Assembly: GCA_023269965.1 (NCBI GenBank)
Contig: JAGDXU010000026.1
Location: forward strand, 1-54,423
DNA length: 54,423 nucleotides
Direction: 5' to 3'
From: Candidatus Parvarchaeota archaeon
GTDB lineage: Archaea; Nanobdellota; Nanobdellia; Parvarchaeales; Parvarchaeaceae
Positions 46,414-54,423 of the stretch are shown here, in pieces (within the stretch, counting starts at the first letter, position 1; the number at the start of each line of letters is the position of its first letter). A program made the position numbers and the translations under genes. The notes beneath the pieces were generated by a model, which had not been told where the DNA came from, did not search any database, and saw only the letters and a program-made list of their open reading frames with translations.

Positions 46414-47835
46414 ATGCCTAATTTTGATGATCACATTGATTTTGCTGAAAGACTGCGTAAGAGATTAAAGAGCCAGGTAGATTTTTTACAGATAAATTTG
46501 GAGAGCAGTGTCTCGAAAGGTGTATGGATTACGAATGGGAAGCTGAACATAGCTGAGGAGGGAGATGAAGTCCTTGTAGGTGTCAGGTTCTCCAAGAAGG
46601 GCAGGATTGGATTTGCCTCTTCAAATCTCCCAAATAAATTTGATGTTTACGACGCTGTAAATCACTTGAAAGAAAAGATGGACAAAATAAAGGAATTTGA
46701 AATAAATGATATATCCCCGACTGATAAAACGGTAAATGAGAAGTACGAGGTAAAGGAGGGAAAAGAAAAAATTGAGGATATCAGTTTGGATAGATTAGGT
46801 AAAGACGCAGATCATATCTCCGAGTATCTGCAGAATAAGAAGGTCAAGACAAATAATGTATTCTTTGGACTTACGCTTACTAGACGCATATTCATGGACA
46901 GTACGGGCAGCTTCATAGAAGCTAAGATCCCTTACATCAACTCATTAGTTACTTTGGTGATAGATGATCTAAATCCAGTAACACGCTACATTCAGGTAGG
47001 ATATTCTGGGGCATATCGTGATTTAGACTTTAAGTTAACAAACAAACTAAAGAGCGAGGTGGATGTGCTTCACAAGGTATCAAAAAATATCAATAAGGCA
47101 GTGCCAAAGAAGTATAACATAATCGTTGGAAGCGAGATATCTGGAATAATGGCGCATGAAAGTATAGGACACCCATTAGAATTAGACAGGGTTCTAGGGA
47201 GGGAGCAAGCACAAGGGGGCAGCTCTTACTTTGATAAGAATGACATTTCAAACCGAAGAAGGATAGGCTCAGATAAAGTCAGTATATTTGATGACCCGAC
47301 TATACCCGGCTCATATGGTTTCTATAAATTCGACAGCGAAGGTACAAAAGCTTCGAAGAGAAAACTTGTAGACAGAGGGATAGTTAACAGCTTCTTGATG
47401 GACAGAGCTTACTCAAGAAAGATAGGAATGCAAAGCAATGCAGCTCTAAGGTCTTCCACAGCAGCCATGGAGCCCATAATAAGGATGGCAAATACTTACG
47501 TAGCACCAGGTAGCTTAACATTCGAAGAGCTTCTAGAACAACTGAAAGAGGGGATATATGTTAAATCATTCAACGAATGGAACATAAATGAAACTAGGGA
47601 GAACCAAAAATATGTTGGCTTAGAAGCGTACTATGTGAAAAATGGGGAGATAGGGGAAATGATAAAGGACCCTGTCATAGAGATCACAACCAAAAACCTG
47701 TGGAATAATGTAGTTGCTGTTGATGAAAATTTAGAATTTAATGCTGCGGAGTGCGGTAAAGGAGATCCGATGCAGGGTATACCTGTTTTTGTAGGTGGGC
47801 CTAACATGCTAATTGAAGGGGTGACTGTGTATTAA
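46414..47835 (+). CDS. tldD: TldD family metalloprotease
   Basis: AHESIGHPLELDR (HExxGH), DDPT, YKFDSEG, PIIRMANT, CGKG.PMQ..PV..GGP. Confidence 0.95.
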   Translation: MPNFDDHIDFAERLRKRLKSQVDFLQINLESSVSKGVWITNGKLNIAEEGDEVLVGVRFSKKGRIGFASSNLPNKFDVYDAVNHLKEKMDKIKEFEINDISPTDKTVNEKYEVKEGKEKIEDISLDRLGKDADHISEYLQNKKVKTNNVFFGLTLTRRIFMDSTGSFIEAKIPYINSLVTLVIDDLNPVTRYIQVGYSGAYRDLDFKLTNKLKSEVDVLHKVSKNINKAVPKKYNIIVGSEISGIMAHESIGHPLELDRVLGREQAQGGSSYFDKNDISNRRRIGSDKVSIFDDPTIPGSYGFYKFDSEGTKASKRKLVDRGIVNSFLMDRAYSRKIGMQSNAALRSSTAAMEPIIRMANTYVAPGSLTFEELLEQLKEGIYVKSFNEWNINETRENQKYVGLEAYYVKNGEIGEMIKDPVIEITTKNLWNNVVAVDENLEFNAAECGKGDPMQGIPVFVGGPNMLIEGVTVY

Positions 47836-49090
47836 CCTGAATTTACTGATCAAAAAGCTAGAACAAGAGGGTATAGCCTCATCGATAAACTACGCTATAT
47901 CTGAAGAAGAGGTAACAAGGATATTCGACAATAAAGTTTCTATACTAGAGAAACAATGGTCAGAGCAGATCATAGCATATGTAACAAAAGGGAAAAAGAG
48001 GACAAATATATACGCAAAGATAGATGACAGCGAGGATAAAATAGTAAGTAGAGCGGTAAACTTACTCAATAATGTAGGAGAAACCCAATTCAAGGGCATA
48101 ACTCCTGGAAAGATAAAATACAGTTTCAATGGAAAATACACAAAACAAAACAATATAGTAGAAGACTTGTTGAAGGAATCTTCACAAACTGGTATAATAT
48201 TAAACGGAACTATAAAGCAAAACAAGATTAAAACACATACAGTGGATTCATTTGGCAAAGATATATCAGTTCAAGCTGGAAGCAGCGAACTTAACTTAAA
48301 CGGAAAGAAAAGCTATGTTGGCGCTTATGGCAGAGTATACAGCCAAAATGAGAAGATAGACCCTAAAACTGTGATCAATGAGATAGAAGGCTTAGCTGAC
48401 ATAAAACCTAATTGGGTAGACTTTCAAGGTAAAGCTGATGCCATACTGCTCCCTATGGCAAGCTCTGTGCTGTTTTCTATGCTTGCGCAGTCCGCATCCG
48501 CATTTAATATATTGAACCATGAAAGCTTTCTAGTTGACAAAATAAACACTTATGTCGCATCTGAAGTTGTCTCCATGCAAGACAGATTTGATGGGCCTGA
48601 GTTTACTCCGTTTGACGATGAGAACACAAAATGCTCTAACTTTTACATCGTAAAGGATGGGAAATTATTGGAATTGCTGCACAACAACACGACAGCTGCT
48701 GCCTTAAAGGCAAAGAACCATGGTAATGCAGGGATAATAAGCGGGGAACCAAGGAACCTGTTCGTAGACAATGGAAATTTATCATACGATGAACTTTTAG
48801 GTAAGACTGAAAGATGTATTGTGATAAACAATCTTTGGTACACAAGATTCAACAACATACTGAAAGGTGATTATTCGACTATGCCAAAGGACGCAGTGCT
48901 GCTGATTGAGAGAGGAACAGTCAAAGGCGCAATAAAAAACCTAAGAATAAGTGATAATATACTTAATCAAATGAAAAACATACTATACTTCGGGAACAAC
49001 GGAAGATATGTGAAATCTTGGGAGAATGACATACCGACCCATGTGCCGTCTATTCTAGTGAAAGATGTAAACTTCACTAAGTCTTATTGA
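47831..49090 (+). CDS. pmbA: PmbA/TldE family protein; probable non-canonical start near 47831
   Basis: PFDDEN, GNAG, P.NL, NLWYTRF, NLRISDN motifs. The frame is open from 47825, but the first ATG/GTG/TTG is at 48167. GGGGTGA SD at 47818-47824. Confidence 0.85.
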   Translation: MNLNLLIKKLEQEGIASSINYAISEEEVTRIFDNKVSILEKQWSEQIIAYVTKGKKRTNIYAKIDDSEDKIVSRAVNLLNNVGETQFKGITPGKIKYSFNGKYTKQNNIVEDLLKESSQTGIILNGTIKQNKIKTHTVDSFGKDISVQAGSSELNLNGKKSYVGAYGRVYSQNEKIDPKTVINEIEGLADIKPNWVDFQGKADAILLPMASSVLFSMLAQSASAFNILNHESFLVDKINTYVASEVVSMQDRFDGPEFTPFDDENTKCSNFYIVKDGKLLELLHNNTTAAALKAKNHGNAGIISGEPRNLFVDNGNLSYDELLGKTERCIVINNLWYTRFNNILKGDYSTMPKDAVLLIERGTVKGAIKNLRISDNILNQMKNILYFGNNGRYVKSWENDIPTHVPSILVKDVNFTKSY

Positions 49091-49499
49091 AATCAAATTT
49101 AGCGTATCTTTCAGCAACGTCATTAAGGTAAGCAGTTATATTCGAGTCCATAAAAGAAGTGGAATATGCTGTTATATCTTTTATGTTAACCCACTTGTAG
49201 GTCTGGAAGTATTTGGAAACATCCGGATCTCCAGATTTATATGACACCACATATACGATGTAGTTTAACTTTGGATTTTCACTTGGCACATACCTGAATA
49301 TCTTATCCTGTATGTCAAAGGAAATACTCAAGTTTGTAAGCAGATCACCCATAGCTTTACGTGGGCTATCTCCTTCGCTTAGACTAAGAAATGGAAACAC
49401 CCATGTAGACCTAGGCAGAGCTCTATCCATCTCTTTTAATTTAACCAAGAGAACTTGGTCGCCCTTTAGAATAATAACACTAACCCTTCTATATGGCAT
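49077..49499 (-). CDS. Nudix-fold protein with degenerate Nudix box
   Basis: VSVII..DQVLLVK, WVFP and YKWV fit the Nudix fold, but the GG/RE..EE catalytic residues are absent. Confidence 0.7.
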   Translation of the reverse strand: MPYRRVSVIILKGDQVLLVKLKEMDRALPRSTWVFPFLSLSEGDSPRKAMGDLLTNLSISFDIQDKIFRYVPSENPKLNYIVYVVSYKSGDPDVSKYFQTYKWVNIKDITAYSTSFMDSNITAYLNDVAERYAKFDFNKT

Positions 49500-49609
49500 A
49501 ATTATCTCATTTCTCCGACGTATATAAAAAACATATAGTCCATCAAGCTTAAATAATTTGATGTTTTAGTATAATTTATAGGTTTTCAGTGAATACTGGA
49601 GGTTCATCT

Positions 49610-49747
49610 ATGGAGATTGGCTATACAGACTATGATGAGGATGAAGATGGTGATATTATCTCATTGGACCAACTTGATCCTAGGCAAAGAGATAAACTTA
49701 TCGAGATTTGGTCAGATAAAGATCAGATTAAACACTACATAGGCTGA
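49610..49747 (+). CDS. Small acidic protein, 45 aa (not in ORF track)
   Basis: MEIGYTDYDEDEDGDIISLDQLDPRQRDKLIEIWSDKDQIKHYIG; GGAGG SD at 49598-49602; stop lies 5 nt before the next ATG. Confidence 0.7.
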   Translation: MEIGYTDYDEDEDGDIISLDQLDPRQRDKLIEIWSDKDQIKHYIG

Positions 49748-49752
49748 AAACT

Positions 49753-50043
49753 ATGAATAAGTCCGAAACTATAATTATAGCTATTGTCTTTATTCTAATT
49801 ATAGGTGCGATTATATTCTATTCTGATCCAACGATACAACACAGAGAAGTTGCACAGGGGTTGTGCGAATTACAGTGTCAGAATCTTAGCAGAACCACTG
49901 GAACCATACCTAACTCCTGTATATCTAATGACATTGCTTATGGGTATGGGTGCGCTGTGTCTAACAGCTCACTAAAATCAACATGCACATCCAAAGACAC
50001 TGTCATAGTTAACAGCAAATGCACGCTCATAGGATTGACATAG
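49753..50043 (+). CDS. Small membrane-anchored Cys-rich protein
   Basis: N-terminal TM segment followed by a six-Cys domain. Confidence 0.72.
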   Translation: MNKSETIIIAIVFILIIGAIIFYSDPTIQHREVAQGLCELQCQNLSRTTGTIPNSCISNDIAYGYGCAVSNSSLKSTCTSKDTVIVNSKCTLIGLT

Positions 50044-50046
50044 ATC

Positions 50047-50922
50047 TTATATCCCTAGCTCTTTTTTCGCCTTTGTTATATCTGCTATTCTCTTGTCTAA
50101 TGGAGGGTGGGTAGAGAACAAATTCATCAAAGTGTGAGAACTAAAGTTATTAACAATAAAAAGGGAGGAGAAAGCGCCTACATTATTGCTTCTTACCACT
50201 TTAGCCGGCGTAACATTGCTTATCTTCCTCAAAGCTGATATCAACGCATCAGGCTTTTTCACAGTCTTCACACTTGTTATATCCGCATTTGTCTCCCTAG
50301 ATCTTGATATTCCTAACTGAACAAACGTTGCGCCTATAGGGATAAGAACCGCAGCTACCAGCAACAGTACCCCTGAGTTATTGTTCCTCTGATCTCCACC
50401 GAAGATCTCGGAGAATATGATGATATTTCCAATATACGATATCATCGTCGCAATGCTTGCTGCGATTGTAGATATTAATATGTCCTTATTTGTGATATGA
50501 CCTATCTCATGCCCAATAACAGCCTCCAGCTCATCATCATCCAGTATATTCAGTATCCCTCTAGTGGCAACTACGACCGAGTGCTCCTCATCTCTTCCTG
50601 TAGCAAAGGCATTGGGGGTATTTGTCTCCATGACTCCAACCTTCGGCATTTTGATATTAACTTTATCAGCTACTTTCTTGACTACCCTGTACAGCCTTGG
50701 TTCTTCTTTCTCTGTTACAAGCTTAGATTTTGTCATCCTCAATGCCAACTTGTCGCTGTAAAAATACGAGTAAAAGTTCAACCCCAGTGCCAATACCAAG
50801 AAAATCGACACGAACAGCAGTACATCACCAAAAATGTAGCCTATTATGCCACCCAAAAACACCAACAAGACGGCTAATACGGAAAACAACAAAAACAATT
50901 TTATCTGTGACATAAATGCCAT
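50047..50922 (-). CDS. htpX: HtpX-like M48 zinc metalloprotease
   Basis: PNAFATGR, ELEAVIGHEIGH, ISRSRE..AD, FSTHPP..KRI. Confidence 0.96.
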   Translation of the reverse strand: MAFMSQIKLFLLFSVLAVLLVFLGGIIGYIFGDVLLFVSIFLVLALGLNFYSYFYSDKLALRMTKSKLVTEKEEPRLYRVVKKVADKVNIKMPKVGVMETNTPNAFATGRDEEHSVVVATRGILNILDDDELEAVIGHEIGHITNKDILISTIAASIATMISYIGNIIIFSEIFGGDQRNNNSGVLLLVAAVLIPIGATFVQLGISRSRETNADITSVKTVKKPDALISALRKISNVTPAKVVRSNNVGAFSSLFIVNNFSSHTLMNLFSTHPPLDKRIADITKAKKELGI

Positions 50923-50940
50923 GTCCTACTATAAATTGAT

Positions 50941-51444
50941 CTATAGCATGCTTATAAATCTTTTAGACGCTCTCCTAAAGTTTTGGTATTTATAACCAAA
51001 CTCCAAAGCAAAAGAAACAAGCTGTATCGGGGATTTTATCTCGTTGACCTTTTCAGCCGCAGATACAAACAGGGCATCTACACCGTGCTCATCGCATAAA
51101 GTAGAATTTCTAAGGTATAACTTGTACGCATCAAAATAGTTTTTAGACCTTATCAATGACTTGAAATCAAATATCACAAATGTCCCACTCTCTTTAAGCT
51201 TCTTGCACAAGCCTGGGTTTAATATCACCTTATTTGCATACAGCCCGAATATAGCCTGAGCAGAGCCTTTCCTTATCGCGCTTATATAATTACCCGTAGA
51301 GTAGACACTTAAGGTGAAATGGTTTTTACTGTCTGGGTCAAAAAGTTCCCCATTTTGCATGAGAACTATTTTTTTGAAGCCTAACTTCTTTACTTCCTCT
51401 AAAAACTCATTATTATTGTTCAAGACTATATCCACAAAATCCAT
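50941..51444 (-). CDS. rnp3: Ribonuclease P protein subunit Rpp30, shortened
   Basis: KKLGF near the N-terminus; VSAA....EIKSP.QL.SF...FG near the C-terminus resembles Rpp30; adjacent to RNase Z. Confidence 0.65.
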   Translation of the reverse strand: MDFVDIVLNNNNEFLEEVKKLGFKKIVLMQNGELFDPDSKNHFTLSVYSTGNYISAIRKGSAQAIFGLYANKVILNPGLCKKLKESGTFVIFDFKSLIRSKNYFDAYKLYLRNSTLCDEHGVDALFVSAAEKVNEIKSPIQLVSFALEFGYKYQNFRRASKRFISML

Positions 51445-51451
51445 ACGATCA

Positions 51452-52372
51452 CTACCACAAGTTTATACGATCCAGGTCCTTACCCATTATTGTATTAAAT
51501 TTGCACTTGTACTTCTTACACAGGTCTTTTACCTCTTTGTCTATAATATCAGTGCCTTCATACCTTTGACTTTGATGCATTAGCACTAACGACTTAACCT
51601 TCGCCTTTGAGGCCAATTTAATTGCGTCTTCCGTGGTTAAATGAAAAGATACTTTTGCCTCTTTCTGTTTCGTGAATGAAAAAGTGCATTCTGTTATTAA
51701 AACATCTACTCCCTGCACAAATTTTACCAGCTTCTCCTCGTATATCAGATCCGTAAGATAAGCGAGGGTCATCCCTTTTTTTATGTACGTAGCATCGCTT
51801 GCCTTTATTTTCTTTCCATTGTAAATTATATCTTTTCCTTCTTTGAGCTTCCTAAGCTCTTCAGACGGTTTTATACCGTGAGATTTGAGAAAATCCTTAT
51901 TTATGTTTATGCTGTCTTTTTCCTTGATTTTGTACCCTACACAGGGAACAGAATGCCTTACGTTCATCGAGTAAATATCATGATTGCCTATACTTACGAC
52001 CTTTTTCTCTCTTGGTTGGTCTATCTCTCTAGTTACAATGTTCATATTATTGTAGAATTTATACGTGGACAAGATATTTTTCACACTTTTTTCAGTGCCT
52101 TCAGGGCCGAATATATATAAGGGTTTATTTGATTTTGACATGTTCAAACTTTGTATTACACCCCCTACACCTAGGGAATGATCGCCATGCCAGTGGGTTA
52201 AAAATATATAGTCTATAGATGGACTCAAGCCAGCCAGCCTTATCTGTCTTTGCGTACCCTCCCCGCAGTCCAAAAGCACCTTGCTTCCAGAAAGATTGAG
52301 ATAGATTGATGGGTGATTCCTGCTCTTTGTAGGCACAGCAGAGCCAGTTCCTAGCAATACGATGTTATCCAT
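51452..52372 (-). CDS. rnz: Ribonuclease Z
   Basis: LGTGSAVPT..RN, LLDCGEGTQRQ, THWHGDH, HSVP..GY, ECTF, H.T, H.SQRY. Confidence 0.96.
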   Translation of the reverse strand: MDNIVLLGTGSAVPTKSRNHPSIYLNLSGSKVLLDCGEGTQRQIRLAGLSPSIDYIFLTHWHGDHSLGVGGVIQSLNMSKSNKPLYIFGPEGTEKSVKNILSTYKFYNNMNIVTREIDQPREKKVVSIGNHDIYSMNVRHSVPCVGYKIKEKDSININKDFLKSHGIKPSEELRKLKEGKDIIYNGKKIKASDATYIKKGMTLAYLTDLIYEEKLVKFVQGVDVLITECTFSFTKQKEAKVSFHLTTEDAIKLASKAKVKSLVLMHQSQRYEGTDIIDKEVKDLCKKYKCKFNTIMGKDLDRINLW

Positions 52373-52452
52373 CAGATTATATGTAATCGTCAAAATAAAA
52401 GACTGATTTAATGCAATTTCTTAAGATTAAGAGATTTTTGGAAAAAGAGAAT

Positions 52453-53226
52453 CTAAAGATTTGCTCTAAAAACATTGATGAAATTAGAACGAATTCTCTC
52501 TATAAGTTCTTCCATGCTGACATGCCTCAAATCTGCGAAGTACTGCATTATTTTAACGATGTTCAAAGGTGTATTCAATTCCCCTGGGGCGCCGTCTGCG
52601 TTTAAGGCTGGCGAATCTGTCTCAAAGAAAAGATGGTCGAGTGGGATTTTCTTTATTAGACTGTCTTTTTTAAATTTCATGAAACCAGTGGAGACACTTA
52701 TGAAAAAACCTGCATCGACCGCCATAGACAATTGCGTGGAATTTCCCTCAAAATTGTGCAATATAGCTTTGATTTTATAAGATTTTAATATATCCAATAG
52801 ATCAGCCATCGATTTCCTGCTATGAAGTATGCAGACTTTTCCATACTTCTCGGACAGGCTTAGGATCTGCTCTAGTACTCTCTTCTCTAAGGCGATGTTA
52901 TCCTCAGTCTTGCCCTTGTAGTCTAGCCCTATCTCAGACACCGCAAAAAATTTACTTATGTTTTCACCCAAATAAGACATATTTTCAGAAAGTTGACCCT
53001 CCTCCAGCTTAATCACCTCATTTGGATGCAAACCGATGCAAGGCAGGATATTAGCGTGACTGTGATACTCATTAATAACTTTGATATTCTCCTTCTTGTT
53101 CTCTCCTGCATTAAGCACTATAAAGTCCTGTAATCTGTCTATTAATTTCTCTCTGACGGAATCAAACCTTTCGTCACTTAGATGAGCGTGTATGTCGATG
53201 TAGGTATTAGGTTTAATTTCAACCAT
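52453..53226 (-). CDS. tatD: TatD family nuclease
   Basis: DIHAHL, GLHP, SEIGLDY, LHSR, LHNF, ETDSP. Confidence 0.94.
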   Translation of the reverse strand: MVEIKPNTYIDIHAHLSDERFDSVREKLIDRLQDFIVLNAGENKKENIKVINEYHSHANILPCIGLHPNEVIKLEEGQLSENMSYLGENISKFFAVSEIGLDYKGKTEDNIALEKRVLEQILSLSEKYGKVCILHSRKSMADLLDILKSYKIKAILHNFEGNSTQLSMAVDAGFFISVSTGFMKFKKDSLIKKIPLDHLFFETDSPALNADGAPGELNTPLNIVKIMQYFADLRHVSMEELIERIRSNFINVFRANL

Positions 53227-53280
53227 AATTAATAATATATAACAAAGAGTTTTATTTAAAAGAGATATTAAGATACCTAT

Positions 53281-53353
53281 GCCTTCGTAGCTCAGTGGTT
53301 AGAGCGCCTGACTTGTAATCAGGAAGTCGTGGGTTCAATCCCCACCGAAGGCT
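53281..53353 (+). tRNA. tRNA-Thr(TGT)
   Basis: GCCTTCG/CGAAGGC stem; CCTGA-CT-TGT-AA-TCAGG arm; GTTCAATC; AT-rich TATA-like box about 25 nt upstream. Confidence 0.96.
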
Positions 53354-53507
53354 ATCCCTCAACTAGTTCAATGCCATAAATGTAAGCTCTATACCAGGGT
53401 TAAGAGGTCTCTAACCCTTACCTTTTACGCCATAGAGAACTTTAGTAGCGTAGTATGTAATCAGGAAAGATTTATAAACAATGAAAATTATTGTATAAAT
53501 ATGATCC

Positions 53508-53531
53508 CTGGTGATCCTACGGGGTCGCCAG
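53508..53531 (+). promoter_or_regulatory. cUACGg tetraloop hairpin in the 5' leader of the NYN gene
   Basis: CTGGTGATCC-TACG-GGGTCGCCAG: 10-bp stem with two G:U pairs; TTTATAAA box at 53471-53478. Confidence 0.65.
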
Positions 53532-53538
53532 TGTTTTT

Positions 53539-54123
53539 ATGGAAGGTACAGCTGTTCTAATTGATGCCCATTACTTGGATTTAATTGCGAAAGAGTTGGG
53601 ATTTGGAGGCGAAAAGCATATCGATATTAAAGAATTAGCAATTAGGGTATCTAAGCAAAATAACCTATGGCTAAACCAGGTGTTTTTATATACTTGTCCC
53701 CCTTTTCAGAGCTCAAGACCGACATCAGACGAATCAATTAGAAAAGCGAAGTACGATAAATTTAAAGCGGCGATGGAAAGGCGTGGAGTAATAATAAGGG
53801 AAGGCAGACTTCAAAAATTAAAAATTGAAAAATGTGGCAATACTGATTATAAGTTCACAGAAAAAGGAGTTGATACTCTATTCACAATGGACTTATTACG
53901 CTTATATAAAAGTGGTATAAGGAATGCAATTTTATTAACTTGCGATACCGATTTCGTTCCAGTCATAAATGAAGCGAAAAAAGATGGAACAAAAGTCATT
54001 CTCTATTATTATACTGATGAAAATAAAAAAGGCCATTTCTCTTTGTCATACCATCTTTCAAAAGCATGTGATTCAAAAGTATTAATTACTAAAGAACTGG
54101 TAGGGCAATCTGTTTTACATTAG
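53539..54123 (+). CDS. NYN domain (LabA/DUF88, PIN-like) ribonuclease
   Basis: VLIDAHY, EKGVDT, LLTCDTDFVPVI..AK..G.KV, S..L..ACD. Confidence 0.93.
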   Translation: MEGTAVLIDAHYLDLIAKELGFGGEKHIDIKELAIRVSKQNNLWLNQVFLYTCPPFQSSRPTSDESIRKAKYDKFKAAMERRGVIIREGRLQKLKIEKCGNTDYKFTEKGVDTLFTMDLLRLYKSGIRNAILLTCDTDFVPVINEAKKDGTKVILYYYTDENKKGHFSLSYHLSKACDSKVLITKELVGQSVLH

Positions 54124-54284
54124 ATTCTTCACTAAGGATTTTAATTTTACTGGTGAGTCGGGCTTCTACCCTTTACGCCATTATTTACAAAGGAAAGACA
54201 GATATGCCTAACCGACCACAGAAAGGCTCCTGGAGTAAGGTATTTCTAAAACGGGGTCTGGCTTTTAATTATAGGAATTGACAG

Positions 54285-54422
54285 TTACTTATGGAAACCC
54301 AGTCTTTCGAACCATATGCTTATTTCATATATAAATAATCCTGTATTTCCCCACACTATGAAGAGCCGAAGAGGGACTCCAAAAATCTGATATAGTATAA
54401 GACCATGCACGGTAGAAACCGC
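54285..54422 (-). CDS. Possible 3' end of a hydrophobic protein cut by the window edge
   Basis: Open frame ...VHGLILYQIFGVPLRLFIVWGNTGLFIYEISIWFERLGFHK*; no start visible. Confidence 0.3.
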   Translation of the reverse strand, partial: AVSTVHGLILYQIFGVPLRLFIVWGNTGLFIYEISIWFERLGFHK

Positions 54423-54423
54423 A

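Noticed and set aside
9872-52780. Numerous 60-190 aa ORFs lying antisense to well-supported genes (e.g. 10050-10613, 20231-20707, 22964-23392, 36582-37001, 47890-48258)
   Set aside because: Shadow ORFs rich in Ser/Phe/Leu/Ile, as expected from reverse-complemented coding DNA, with no motifs.
1-54423. CRISPR arrays, cas genes, transposases, integrases or provirus
   Set aside because: No regularly spaced repeats, and no such protein motifs were seen in the window.

Overview
AT-rich, gene-dense archaeal genome segment, most consistent with a reduced DPANN/Nanobdellati lineage (Parvarchaeales-like; inferred from the divergent 16S 5' end, an unlinked 5S and divergent core genes). It holds the 5' part of a 16S rRNA gene, two identical 5S rRNA genes, seven tRNAs (two with introns, one with a rare AAG anticodon), and core informational genes (aIF1A, rpoF, rpl21e, rps13-rps4-rps11-rpoD, eL41/eS32, gatCAB-aspS, cbf5, cmk, ksgA, ychF, Rpp30, RNase Z). 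It also has redox/sulfur genes (SOD, encapsulated-ferritin-like protein, peroxiredoxin, dsrE2-tusA-sqr), glycosylation genes (aglB, GT2, GT4, flippase) and several accessory loci. Main observations: (1) cbf5 is split by a 16-nt intron inside the catalytic Asp codon that folds into a textbook bulge-helix-bulge, i.e. a protein-coding gene intron in a DPANN-like archaeon; (2) an operon of an EhpF-like and a PaaK-like adenylating enzyme flanking a KaiC-like ATPase and a V4R protein, a candidate small-molecule synthesis/sensing system; (3) tRNA-Leu(AAG); (4) two different cargo cassettes in tandem, each bounded by a tRNA-Leu 5' segment and an exact 184-bp 5S/rps13-start repeat; (5) a pmbA/tldE gene that seems to need a non-AUG start; (6) tRNAs abutting upstream stop codons, and several small ORFs missed by the ORF track. 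All family assignments come from motif recognition by eye; no database searches were run.
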